Positions 9,589 through 19,125 of a DNA stretch of 64,000 nt are shown here, piece after piece (position 1 is the first letter of the stretch; every line of letters starts with the position of its first letter). This stretch comes from Rubripirellula sp. (GTDB lineage Bacteria > Planctomycetota > Planctomycetia > Pirellulales > Pirellulaceae), in NCBI GenBank assembly GCA_965216875.1, contig OZ244207.1:1568001-1632000 (forward strand). The letters run 5' to 3'. The notes below the pieces were generated by a model, which was given only the letters and a program-made list of their open reading frames with translations, was not told where the DNA came from and made no database searches. Made by a program: the position numbers and the translations under genes.

Positions 9589-11601
9589 ATGGCTGCAGGC
9601 GAATCGGCAATACCAGGTCATGACCGCTTTCTAGAAGACTGCCTATTCCGCAGCATGGGCAGCGAGCGCTACACGCAAAACTCGCCAATCATGCCTGGTG
9701 TTTGGATGCAGTATCGAAACGCGGGTAGCGAAAACGTCGAGCTTCTTTTTACAGCACACCGAGACAGCAATCCCGGCGAGCTCGCGCGGATTATTCGTCA
9801 GCGTTTGCAAACCTTCCGGACACGGAACGGGGAAAAGAAGCCTTCGACACCGGTGATCGCCTACAACGAGACTTCGGTTGTGGCGGAAATGTCCTTTGAC
9901 GAAATGATCCTCGTCGCTCTGCCACTTTCAAAATGGTGGGCGAAGTACGTTTTCCCAAGCGCTGAAGCGAAACAGAGTTTCGAGGAACACGTTGACCAGT
10001 ATCGAGACGATCTCGTTGCCGCACTGGAGGCGATCCGTCTGCAAATGTACGAGGGCGAGCGGCCAACCAAAAGCAAGACTTCAAAAGATCAATCGTCGTC
10101 CGAGACCAATGTGATTTCAGCCAACCTCACTTGGATGACGCTCATGGTGGGTGTCATTCGAGCAGGAATGCCATCGGGTTCGAATTGGGACGAGGCCTAC
10201 TCGGGGACGATCGCGGACAGTTTTCTCGAGCTGATGAGAGAACATCTCGCAGACTCAGAATCGACGGGCTACCTGCTTTGGAGCATCAATCCGAATCGCC
10301 GGAGCGAACCGACGCTGTATCGTTCTGTCAAAACGGTCAAGGCGGACGCGACCCAAACGTTGTTCGATGTGCGCGGCGAGAGGATACGCTGGGCGGTGAT
10401 CGATAGTGGCATCGACGCGCGACATTTTGCGTTCCGAAAAAGGGACCACAAGGGACGTGCCCTTGGGCCCAAGATCAACGGCCGCACTGCCGCGGCCGAG
10501 TTCAGTGATTTTGGGATGCCTCTGTTTGCGCCCGAAGATGAGAAGTTGCAGGGCGCGTTCGTTAAGAAATCACGGACTCGCTGGACGAACCAAACACGTA
10601 TCGTTCGGTCGTTCGACTTTCAACGAATGCGTGAAATCCTGAGCGCGTCGAGTCCGACCGAGTTGCCTGAAGGATTGGAAAAGAAAGCGAAGAAAGCTGG
10701 GATTCGTCAAGAACTCAAACTCGCTCTTAAACACAACCGAGTGCTTGATTGGGAATTGCTTGAGCCGCTGCTTGAAATCACTCACGACGATGAATACGAG
10801 CCGCCGACCCATCATCACGGCACACATGTTGCCGGGATCATTGGCGCAGATTGGCGCGAAGGCGAACATTCGCAAAGTCCAGAGGGCACGCGCTCTGGCG
10901 TGGCACCTGCGATCGAGATCTATGACCTCAGAGCACTCGATCAGAATGGCGTGGGCGACGAGTTTTCGATTCTCGCCGCGATGCAGTACGTGCGTAGCTT
11001 GAACGCTCGCAACAATCAAATGCAGATTCATGGAGTCAATATCAGCATCTCGATTCTGCACGCGGTTGCCGCCTACGGATGCGGACGCACGCCCATTTGC
11101 AACGAAGCCGAACGGCTGGTCGGTTCCGGCGTGGTTGTGGTCGCTGCGGCCGGCAACCGTGGACGCAGCATCTACACAACCACCGCAAATACTCAAGATG
11201 AAGGCTACCGCGATATCAGCATCACCGACCCAGGAAATGCCGAAGCGGTGATTACGGTTGGTTCAACCCATCGATACAAACCTCATAGCTACGGCGTCAG
11301 CTACTTTTCCAGTCGCGGTCCGACGGGCGATGGGCGCATCAAACCCGACCTCGTTGCACCAGGCGAAAAGATCTACTCGACCATTCCAAACAACGACGAG
11401 AAAGAGCTCGACGGGACAAGCATGGCCGCGCCGCATGTCAGTGGTGCGGCCGCCTTGCTGATGCAGCGTCACAACGAGCTGATCGGCCAACCGGAACGCA
11501 TCAAAGAGATCCTGTGCGACTCCGCGACCGACTTGGGACGCGAACGCTATTTCCAAGGTGCCGGCATGCTCGACATCTTACGTGCGTTGCAATCCGTCTG
11601 A
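9589..11601 (+). CDS. S8 family (subtilisin-like) serine peptidase without an obvious signal peptide
   Basis: Catalytic triad motifs AVIDSGID, HGTHVAGII and GTSMAAPHVSG; oxyanion AAAGN; SSRGPTGDGRIKPDLVAPG. Confidence 0.92.
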   Translation: MAAGESAIPGHDRFLEDCLFRSMGSERYTQNSPIMPGVWMQYRNAGSENVELLFTAHRDSNPGELARIIRQRLQTFRTRNGEKKPSTPVIAYNETSVVAEMSFDEMILVALPLSKWWAKYVFPSAEAKQSFEEHVDQYRDDLVAALEAIRLQMYEGERPTKSKTSKDQSSSETNVISANLTWMTLMVGVIRAGMPSGSNWDEAYSGTIADSFLELMREHLADSESTGYLLWSINPNRRSEPTLYRSVKTVKADATQTLFDVRGERIRWAVIDSGIDARHFAFRKRDHKGRALGPKINGRTAAAEFSDFGMPLFAPEDEKLQGAFVKKSRTRWTNQTRIVRSFDFQRMREILSASSPTELPEGLEKKAKKAGIRQELKLALKHNRVLDWELLEPLLEITHDDEYEPPTHHHGTHVAGIIGADWREGEHSQSPEGTRSGVAPAIEIYDLRALDQNGVGDEFSILAAMQYVRSLNARNNQMQIHGVNISISILHAVAAYGCGRTPICNEAERLVGSGVVVVAAAGNRGRSIYTTTANTQDEGYRDISITDPGNAEAVITVGSTHRYKPHSYGVSYFSSRGPTGDGRIKPDLVAPGEKIYSTIPNNDEKELDGTSMAAPHVSGAAALLMQRHNELIGQPERIKEILCDSATDLGRERYFQGAGMLDILRALQSV

Positions 11602-11651
11602 GCCTATCTCGAACAATCATCTCACTCGCAGAACAATTGGGGAGTTCTAAC

Positions 11652-12896
11652 ATGGTCTTCAAACTCGAAGCGGTCTATGCGTTTCATGGCGACTCGCTGC
11701 TTTTGCACTATGGGTCTGACGATCCGCATCCAAGCTTGATCATGATCGACGGCGGCGCTAGGGGAACGTATCGCAACTTTCTCAAGCCGCGACTTGAGGA
11801 ACTGCAAGATCAGTGGGACGTCGATACCTTGCCGATGAAGATGATCATGGTGAGCCACACCGATTCGGATCACATCGCCGGCGTGCTCGATCTTTTTAAG
11901 GAACTGAAAAACAACGATGGCGAACCGCCAATCTGTCAAGCGGAAACACTGTGGCACAATGCATTTGATGACGTGATCGGGAACGACGACGAGGAGTTGA
12001 TTTCGAATTTGGTCGCTGATCCAGGCGATGTCGATCACGATGAGCGACCCGATCATGAGATTGAGGCGGTTGTCGCAAGCGTCAAGCAGGGGCGGGATCT
12101 GCGGATCGACGCGTCAACCTTGGCGATGAATATTAATCACCCTTTCACCAAACCTGATGGGACGGCGGGGCTCGTTCTGGCAAAGAATGCCCTCATCGAC
12201 CAAGGCGAAGAGCTGACGTTTCAAGTCCTTGGGCCAAACGAAAAGTTGGTCGCCAAGTACCAAGAAAAGTGGAACAAGTTTCTCAAAGACAAAGGACTCG
12301 CCGAAGCTCAGGCGGCATCGTTCAAGGACCCTTCGGCTTTCAATTTGGCCAGCATCGTCGTGCTTGCCAAACTCAACAATCGAACGATGTTGTTGACCGG
12401 TGATGCACGGGGAGACTTTATCGTCAACGGTCTCGTAGACGCCGGGCTGCTTGAGGAGGAATCGCGGTATCCGCTCAAAGAAGACCACGGTCGACGTTGG
12501 CGAGCCAAGGTTCGCGAAGCTGAAGCACGCGAGATCACCAAGCCGCTTCACGTTGACCTGATGAAGATGCCGCACCATGGCAGTGCGAACAATGTTGAGC
12601 GTGGCTTCTTCAAGCGAGTCACCGCCGATCATTATCTCTTTTCGGGAAATGGAAATCATCACAATCCCGATCCCGCAACGTTGCGGATGATCGCAGCCGC
12701 TCGCGGCGAGGATAAGTACACGGTTCATTTCACGGTCGCAAAGGACCAGCACGAGACAGAACGCAACGACAAGTTTGCTCGCGCGTTGGAAGAGCTGCGT
12801 CACTGGGTCACCGACGAGAAACCGGACAATTGCACGGTCAAGTATCGTGGCAAGCACCAACGCTCGATCACGGTTGATCTTTCCGACGACGAATGA
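11652..12896 (+). CDS. MBL-fold metallo-hydrolase (ComEC/Avs1a-like nuclease type)
   Basis: GDSLLL, IDGG, SHTDSDH (HxDxDH), NLASIV, LTGDA, KMPHHGS, HHNPD; GGAG RBS before ATG 11652. Confidence 0.85.
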   Translation: MVFKLEAVYAFHGDSLLLHYGSDDPHPSLIMIDGGARGTYRNFLKPRLEELQDQWDVDTLPMKMIMVSHTDSDHIAGVLDLFKELKNNDGEPPICQAETLWHNAFDDVIGNDDEELISNLVADPGDVDHDERPDHEIEAVVASVKQGRDLRIDASTLAMNINHPFTKPDGTAGLVLAKNALIDQGEELTFQVLGPNEKLVAKYQEKWNKFLKDKGLAEAQAASFKDPSAFNLASIVVLAKLNNRTMLLTGDARGDFIVNGLVDAGLLEEESRYPLKEDHGRRWRAKVREAEAREITKPLHVDLMKMPHHGSANNVERGFFKRVTADHYLFSGNGNHHNPDPATLRMIAAARGEDKYTVHFTVAKDQHETERNDKFARALEELRHWVTDEKPDNCTVKYRGKHQRSITVDLSDDE

Positions 12897-12921
12897 TCCT
12901 AGGCGGTGGCATTTGCGTGTC

Positions 12922-12944
12922 GGGCCCGCGACAATGGCGGGCCC
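12922..12944 (+). terminator. GC-rich hairpin after the MBL gene (possible terminator)
   Basis: GGGCCCGC-gacaatg-GCGGGCCC perfect 8-bp stem; no T-tract. Confidence 0.35.
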
Positions 12945-13017
12945 ACCCTCAATGCAAAGCTCAGGTCTGTGATGCTGCTTTGCTTGAACGTACACCCACC
13001 TTCCAAGGATTCACTTC

Positions 13018-14370
13018 GTGCGCCAGCTTCTTGTTCTGTCCTTAGTCATTTGCTTCGCCGCCCAAGCCTATGCCGACTCGGCGGGGCGCCCCAACGTCGT
13101 CATCATCTACACCGACGACCAGGGCAGTCTCGATTTGAATTGCTACGGTTCCAAGGATTTGGCTACCCCGCACCTGGATCGGCTAGCAAGTGAAGGTGTG
13201 CGAATGACGAAAATGTATTCGCCTTCAGCGATCTGCTCGGCATCACGCGCGGGGTTGATGACTGGACGATTCCCGGCACGCGCGGGTGTTCCCGGCAATG
13301 TCTCTTCGGCTCATGGCCATGCGGGGATGCCGGCAAGCGAAATCACCATCGCGGAACTATTGAAGTCAGCCGGCTACGCCACCGGGCATGTTGGCAAATG
13401 GCATCTTGGCTACACCCCCGAAACGATGCCAAACGGTCAAGGATTCGACGAATCATTTGGACACATGGGTGGCTGTATCGACAACTTCTCACACTTCTTC
13501 TATTGGAACGGTCCGAATCGGCATGATCTTTGGCGAAACGGCAAAGAGGTCTTTATGGACGGACGCTTCTTCCTTGACTTGATGGTGGAAGAGGGGCATC
13601 GGTTCATCAAGGACAACCAGGACAAGCCGTTCTTTTTGTATTGGGCCATCAATGCACCCCACTACCCGATGCAGGGAACATCAAAGTGGCGCCAGCACTA
13701 CAAGGACTTGCCCTCTCCGAGACGCCAGTACGCTGAATTCGTTTCGACCGTGGATGAAAAGGTCGGTGCACTCGTTGGCAAGCTTGATGAACTTGGACTG
13801 CGCGAGAACACGCTGATCATATTCCAGTCTGACCATGGGCATTCTACGGAAGAACGCGCCTTTTGGGGTGGCGGCAATGCGGGGCCCTATCGCGGCGCCA
13901 AGGCTTGCCTTTTCGAAGGCGGATTGCGTGTTCCTTCGATCGCATCCATGCCCGGAACGATTCCGCAGGGGCAAGTACGTGATCAATTGGCTACCGGCTG
14001 CGATTGGTATCCCACCATCGCAAAACTCTGTGGCGTCGATTTGCCCTCGCGAACCTACGATGGCCGTGACCTCACCGATGTGCTCAAGTCTGCGAAAGCG
14101 GAAACGCCTCACGACCACTTCTTTTGGCTCATGGGGCATGGAAAGAACGCACAATGGGCCGTTCAGCAAGGCGATTGGAAATTGCTGGGCAATCCAGTCG
14201 ATCGAACAGACCGGCGCAAGAATGTCAAACTCGACAAAGTGTTTCTTGCAAACCTCTCGAGCGATATTGGCGAAACAACCAACGTTGCCACCAAGAATCC
14301 CGAAGTTGTGCAGCGATTGCAGGCGATCGCCGACTCACATCGCAGCGGTATTGATTCAGCGCATGATTGA
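13018..14370 (+). CDS. Exported sulfatase (arylsulfatase family)
   Basis: Signal peptide; RPNVVIIYTDD, CSASRAGLMTG (CxxSR formylglycine motif), GKWHLG, SDHG. Confidence 0.93.
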   Translation: MRQLLVLSLVICFAAQAYADSAGRPNVVIIYTDDQGSLDLNCYGSKDLATPHLDRLASEGVRMTKMYSPSAICSASRAGLMTGRFPARAGVPGNVSSAHGHAGMPASEITIAELLKSAGYATGHVGKWHLGYTPETMPNGQGFDESFGHMGGCIDNFSHFFYWNGPNRHDLWRNGKEVFMDGRFFLDLMVEEGHRFIKDNQDKPFFLYWAINAPHYPMQGTSKWRQHYKDLPSPRRQYAEFVSTVDEKVGALVGKLDELGLRENTLIIFQSDHGHSTEERAFWGGGNAGPYRGAKACLFEGGLRVPSIASMPGTIPQGQVRDQLATGCDWYPTIAKLCGVDLPSRTYDGRDLTDVLKSAKAETPHDHFFWLMGHGKNAQWAVQQGDWKLLGNPVDRTDRRKNVKLDKVFLANLSSDIGETTNVATKNPEVVQRLQAIADSHRSGIDSAHD

Positions 14371-14442
14371 AATGGCAGTTGAGACGGCCACGGGAGTGCG
14401 TGGGATGCGTGGGAAATAACGATCGAGTGCTGGTAGAGAACC

Positions 14443-14526
14443 GCAGGCTATCGCGTTCCGGCTGATGTTTGAGGTGTTGCCACTTAATCTGCACGCTATC
14501 GCGTTTCGGCTGATGTTTGAGGTGTT
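14443..14526. repeat. Two direct copies (48-bp period) of a 32-36-bp REP-like unit
   Basis: gctatcgcgtt(c/t)cggctgatgtttgaggtgtt at 14447-14478 and 14495-14526. Confidence 0.8.
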
Positions 14527-14983
14527 ACTGATTGAACATCGCGTCGAAGCGTTGCTGCATTTCCTCGCGCGAAACTGACTCGATTTGATGCCCCAATAGC
14601 CATTCGTGCCCGAACGGGTCACGAAGCCGGGCGGTACGTTCGCCGTAGAATTGGTCTTTTGGTGGTGCGAGTACGGTGGCGCCGGCCGATTCGGCACGCG
14701 CCGCGACTGCATCAACATCATCGACGTGCAGATGGATCGCACTGCCGGTCGGTCGGTCAGGATTGGGCGCGTGAATGCCATACTCGGGGTAGGCGTCTGA
14801 AACCATGACCGTTGTGTCGCCAAACTTGAGTTCCGCATGACCCACTCGGCCGCTTGGCTCGGAGAGCCGAAAGTCTTCGACGGCTCCAAACGCTGCTGCG
14901 TAGAACTTGATTGCCTCATTGGCGTCCCGTGTTCGCAGATAGGGAAACACCTCGCGAACGTTCACGTTGTTGGGAGTGTCCAT
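14525..14983 (-). CDS. VOC/glyoxalase (PhnB-like) family protein
   Basis: VFPYL...AIKFYAAAFGA, GHAELKFG, DQFYGERTARLRDPFGHEW; start set at the ATG of MDTPNN. Confidence 0.88.
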   Translation of the reverse strand: MDTPNNVNVREVFPYLRTRDANEAIKFYAAAFGAVEDFRLSEPSGRVGHAELKFGDTTVMVSDAYPEYGIHAPNPDRPTGSAIHLHVDDVDAVAARAESAGATVLAPPKDQFYGERTARLRDPFGHEWLLGHQIESVSREEMQQRFDAMFNQ

Positions 14984-15146
14984 CAGGAAAGCCCGAGTTT
15001 TCGCTTCAAGAGAGTAGGGTGCGGTTCGACGACCGCTATTGTATGCAGCCGGGACAACGTGCTGTTGGGTAGAATAGGGCGGCTCTTCCACGTACCGGAA
15101 TCAAGTCGTGAGCAAACCTTTGTGATCTTCCCCGTTTCCCTTTGCC

Positions 15147-15908
15147 GTGTCCGACGACGAGGCGGCAATGGTCAAGGCGATCGTCGGCAGTGAATCTCCG
15201 CTGGACGCTCATCGCTCGCGCTTGATCTACGCCGATTGGCTCGAAGACCAGGGTGATGGGCGCGCGGAATACTTGCACGCTGAGTGCACGGTCGCCGAGA
15301 TGCTTCGAGGTAAACGCTCTTCCAACGAGCAGGGGGAAATCTACGCAAAGGCAATCGAGCAGGTGATCCGGCAAACGGAGATTGCCAGCCCCGAATGGAT
15401 CGAGCACGTTGGCGGGAGGTTTGATCCAACCCTGTTCGAATTGGACGAACGCAGGGTCCACGCGTGCCGTGCTTGGATCACCATGACCGGCGCCACGCTA
15501 ATGAAGGCGAAGCAGTCGGTCGAGACTGCGCCCACCAAGGTCAAGTCGGCCGTCACGCTACCGGAAGCACTGCGAGTCTGCAGCCAGTTTGACGTTGAAG
15601 TCGGTTTAGGGCACTGCAAAATCGTTCTCGCGGAAGAGGGCGCGATCACGGCGCCTCCGGACAGTTTCGAGCACCCCAAGCGTTTTGGCCTGGTACTTGA
15701 GAAACACACCTCACGCTACATCGACGCTGTGACCGCTTTGGTTGACCGTGCAAACTTGAGCCCTGAGAAAGCGCATAAGGTGATTCGATCCGTTCCCTCT
15801 GTCGTCAAATCAGGCCTTGATCGTGACGCTGTCGAGCGGTTTGCCAATAGTATTCGAAACGGTCTTCGCGGCCCCCGGATTTGTTTCCTCTATTCCGTTG
15901 ACGAATAA
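15147..15908 (+). CDS. TIGR02996 domain protein with two ribosomal L7/L12 C-terminal-like domains
   Basis: RLIYADWLEDQGDGRAEYL (TIGR02996). GATLMKAKQSVETAPTKVKSAVTLPEA and NLSPEKAHKVIRSVPSVVKSGLDRDA resemble the L7/L12 motif GLKEAKDLVE.AP..VKEGVSKEEA. Confidence 0.7.
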   Translation: MSDDEAAMVKAIVGSESPLDAHRSRLIYADWLEDQGDGRAEYLHAECTVAEMLRGKRSSNEQGEIYAKAIEQVIRQTEIASPEWIEHVGGRFDPTLFELDERRVHACRAWITMTGATLMKAKQSVETAPTKVKSAVTLPEALRVCSQFDVEVGLGHCKIVLAEEGAITAPPDSFEHPKRFGLVLEKHTSRYIDAVTALVDRANLSPEKAHKVIRSVPSVVKSGLDRDAVERFANSIRNGLRGPRICFLYSVDE

Positions 15909-15955
15909 CGTTGTTTCAATTCGATCAATCAACGTATGGAACATTGCCGTGAGCA

Positions 15956-17443
15956 CTACAGGTATTGTGGAAGCTGCAAGCCTTCACGTTGAGCCCAAAT
16001 GTTGACGACCCGAAGTTCAGACGTCTTGGGCAAACGATTACCCCGCCCCCGTACCTGGCGAATACGTTGCGTGCGGTTACAGACTTCGATGGTGAGTACA
16101 CGTCGGCGGCGATCTTCTCTCTGGACTCCCACCGACCAAATCGACGTCGCACCTCCCGCGCAAGCACGGTCATAAGACGCCACACAGTGGCGCAGTGCCT
16201 GGCCCTCGACGTGCAGTTCTTGCGACGACAACAGTTCGACGATACTCCAATGTTCGGTCTCGCCGGTGATTGGGTCCGTTTCGCAATGTTCGACCGGTTC
16301 AATCCCGGTCGGCTGCCAAGCCAAACGGCCGTTCGTTTTGCTCTTGCGCAAGTCGCCGTGCCACTGATTCATTTTGCGCAAAAGGCCCGATGCCGTTCGT
16401 CCTTCCATCGTGAACGCTTTTCCGGTCACCTCGTTCTCCGGGAAACGTTCCGCTTCGAATCGACGCATGCGGAGGTAATCAAGCAGCGGTGATACCTGCC
16501 CCGGATCAAACATCGGTGCGGCAGCAAGAAGGGACCAAACGGTATCCCAAAAGTCATCGTTCGCAAAATCGGTTGCGGCACAGGAACCAAGCACGTCACG
16601 AGCCGTGCGATTGGAGCACCCGGCACCTCGAAGTTGTCCCCAACGCAACGCAGAAAGGACGGTGTAGTCTTCCGGTGCGCTCAGGAAGTAACGTGTCCCT
16701 TTGCGCGTTAGCTTTGCAGGTAGATCGAGCTTGCGCAAACTCTCGCCCGCGCCGATTCGTATCATCAACCGCTGCAATCGCATCGCCATATCGTCGTTGG
16801 GCTCGAACCAAACGGAATCAAGGAACGCGGGTGTGGGGTACTTTGCGAAGAGGTGCTGAGAGAGCGAGCGGAACTGACGTTTCACGTTACGAGAGTCAAC
16901 GCGCCAATCGTTTAGGGGACGCAACCATTCGGCGTGATGTTGTGCGATTCGAGCGAGCGCCGCGACGTAATGGTTGTTTGGCTCGTGCGGCAGGCCTGGA
17001 TGCACTTGGTGCGTTGAAATGAGACTCCCACGCGGCCGCGATTGGCTCCGTAGACACCGAAGCAGCAATTGCTCGAATGCACTCTTGGTCGTGGGGCAGG
17101 CGATACGATTAGCATATTGCCTGACCGCAATCAGATGGGGCGAGGAGAGAGCCTCCTCGGAAATGTCGCCTGCGAAGATTTGGCGAATTGTGTCTCGCGG
17201 GTGTTTTGATTGGCGTTTCTTGTTGGCCAATCGTGAGCCGATGTTGGTTTGTGATGCAGCGTAGCGTTCTTTGCATCGGCTGCGCCAGTGCTTCTTGACC
17301 TTCGGACTGAAGCCGTGGTCGATGCACCAGCGAATGTATTGGTCAATCGTTTCGAGCCCTAACGCTTCGAGGTGCGGTCGAAGTTCAGGGTCACGTTGAA
17401 GCAGATCAGTTTGTTCTTCTTGAGAGAGAGTTTCGGTAGGCAT
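15956..17443 (-). CDS. PcfJ domain-containing protein
   Basis: HLFAKYPTPAFLDSVW, MEGRT..GLLRKMNQWH and C-terminal ELHVEGQALRHCVASY...TIEV...QVRGRGN are typical of the PcfJ-like family. Confidence 0.8.
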   Translation of the reverse strand: MPTETLSQEEQTDLLQRDPELRPHLEALGLETIDQYIRWCIDHGFSPKVKKHWRSRCKERYAASQTNIGSRLANKKRQSKHPRDTIRQIFAGDISEEALSSPHLIAVRQYANRIACPTTKSAFEQLLLRCLRSQSRPRGSLISTHQVHPGLPHEPNNHYVAALARIAQHHAEWLRPLNDWRVDSRNVKRQFRSLSQHLFAKYPTPAFLDSVWFEPNDDMAMRLQRLMIRIGAGESLRKLDLPAKLTRKGTRYFLSAPEDYTVLSALRWGQLRGAGCSNRTARDVLGSCAATDFANDDFWDTVWSLLAAAPMFDPGQVSPLLDYLRMRRFEAERFPENEVTGKAFTMEGRTASGLLRKMNQWHGDLRKSKTNGRLAWQPTGIEPVEHCETDPITGETEHWSIVELLSSQELHVEGQALRHCVASYDRACAGGATSIWSVGVQREDRRRRVLTIEVCNRTQRIRQVRGRGNRLPKTSELRVVNIWAQREGLQLPQYL

Positions 17444-17877
17444 CAAGGCACTGCGTCATCGAGTTTGCTTGTTTGAGAATTCGTTGAGAGCGGATGACGA
17501 CACGGGAACAGAGTGATTGGTTGTAGGAGTGCATGACTACGATCCAGGTAAGAGGCCGGGGGTTGATGAGATGCCGATTGCTTGAGCGTCAGGCGGAAAA
17601 GCAGGTTGGTTGCGGGCAATCTGACCCGTTGACGCCGGTGTGCTGTGGCGGCTGGGGCCTATCGCAAGCGGGGCGATGGCTCGCTCTGACAGACACCTCA
17701 TTGGCTGGCAGGTTCGGAACTAGCGGAGGAGCGAGAACTTTTTTCGGATCGTTGACTTGTCAATCGGAACGTTCGCGCTTTAATGCCCTGAATGTTTCGA
17801 ACGCATCTGGCCAGAGTTCGTCAACCGTACACCTTCCGACTGAATTCCAAAACTCAGAGATTTGAGGTCTTTCCCAA

Positions 17878-19047
17878 ATGTTTCGTTCCATGAAATGGAT
17901 GGCTCTCTCGGCGGCCGCGGCCCTGGTGCTGACCGCCAACACATCGAAAGCTGCTGACAACGATATCGTGACCACGGCAGTCGAGGCCGGCTCGTTCAAG
18001 ACGCTCGCAGCGGCACTGCAAGCTGCGGATCTCGTCGACGCATTGAAAGGCGATGGGCCTTTCACCGTTTTCGCTCCAACTGATGACGCGTTCGCGAAGC
18101 TTCCAGAAGGCACCGTGGCCACGCTGTTGAAGCCCGAGAACAAAGATCAACTGACAGCTGTCTTGACCTACCACGTCGTTAAGGGCCGCGTTCCAGCGAG
18201 TGCGGTTGTGAAGGTATCCGGAGCCAAGACGCTTAACGGTCAGCAAGCGGATGTCAAAGTCGAAGCTGGCAAAGTCTTCGTCGACAACGCTCAAGTGGTG
18301 AAGACCGATATCGAATGCTCCAACGGAATCATTCACGTCATCGATAGCGTGATCCTTCCAGCGAGCGATGATATCCCGACGACCGCGACGAAGGCTGGTT
18401 CGTTCGGCACCTTGATCGCCGCCGCGAAGGCCGCAGGACTCGTCGGTGCCCTCTCGGGTGAAGGCCCGCTCACTGTGTTCGCTCCGACCGACGAAGCTTT
18501 TGCGAAGCTTCCAAAGGGAACAGTTGAGTCGCTTTTGAAGCCCGAGAACAAGGGCAAGTTGGCAGCGATTTTGAAGTACCACGTGGTCGCTGGTCGCATC
18601 TACTCGGGCGACGCACTTAGCGCCGGCTCAGCTAAAACGTTGCAGGGTGATGCCGTGAGCATCGGAATCAAGAACGGCGCTGCGATGGTGAATGACGCGA
18701 AGCTCGTCGCGACCGACATCGATGCGAGCAACGGCGTGATCCACGTCATCGACTCGGTCATCTTGCCACCGCAAGATAAGCAGGGCAACGTTCATCCCAA
18801 GAAGATGATCGAAGTCGCTATCGGCAAGGGGGCTCCCTTGTACAACAGCGGTCATCATTCGGCATGTGCCGACGTGTACATGACGACGGCAAAGGAGCTT
18901 GTCTCCAGCGAGTCAGCCCACCTGTCTTCGCACTCACGCCAGATGCTCACCACAGCGCTGTCGTCCGCCAAGCACACTTCATGCATGTCGACTCGAGCAT
19001 GGACACTGCGTACGGCCTTGGACAACGCCTACGCATCGATGAAATAG
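17878..19047 (+). CDS. Secreted tandem fasciclin (2x FAS1) protein with a C-terminal helical extension
   Basis: Signal peptide; two TVFAPTDxAFAKLP...YHVV...NG(I/V)[10 protein letters not shown] repeats. Confidence 0.92.
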   Translation: MFRSMKWMALSAAAALVLTANTSKAADNDIVTTAVEAGSFKTLAAALQAADLVDALKGDGPFTVFAPTDDAFAKLPEGTVATLLKPENKDQLTAVLTYHVVKGRVPASAVVKVSGAKTLNGQQADVKVEAGKVFVDNAQVVKTDIECSNGIIHVIDSVILPASDDIPTTATKAGSFGTLIAAAKAAGLVGALSGEGPLTVFAPTDEAFAKLPKGTVESLLKPENKGKLAAILKYHVVAGRIYSGDALSAGSAKTLQGDAVSIGIKNGAAMVNDAKLVATDIDASNGVIHVIDSVILPPQDKQGNVHPKKMIEVAIGKGAPLYNSGHHSACADVYMTTAKELVSSESAHLSSHSRQMLTTALSSAKHTSCMSTRAWTLRTALDNAYASMK

Positions 19048-19081
19048 CTGAAGCCTTCGGGTCTCTGCTATCTGCCCCGCT

Positions 19082-19113
19082 CAGCCTCGGACTCAATATC
19101 CGAGGCTGTTTTT
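19082..19113 (+). terminator. Rho-independent terminator
   Basis: CAGCCTCGGA-ctcaata-TCCGAGGCTG followed by T5. Confidence 0.7.
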
Positions 19114-19125
19114 CGTTTGGGGTGT

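Noticed and set aside
11514..12896. MBL protein as a beta-lactamase or the competence protein ComEC, and the longer 460-aa start
   Set aside because: No signal peptide or ComEC membrane domain, and the motif is HxDxDH...HHGS. The longer start overlaps the S8 gene, while ATG 11652 has an RBS.
14443..14526. Possible mini CRISPR array
   Set aside because: Only two units, a 12-16-bp spacer and no cas genes; it fits a REP-like duplication.
17735..17763. ECF sigma promoter (GAACTT...GTCAA) before the fasciclin gene
   Set aside because: The 18-bp spacing is longer than usual, so it cannot be supported without TSS data.
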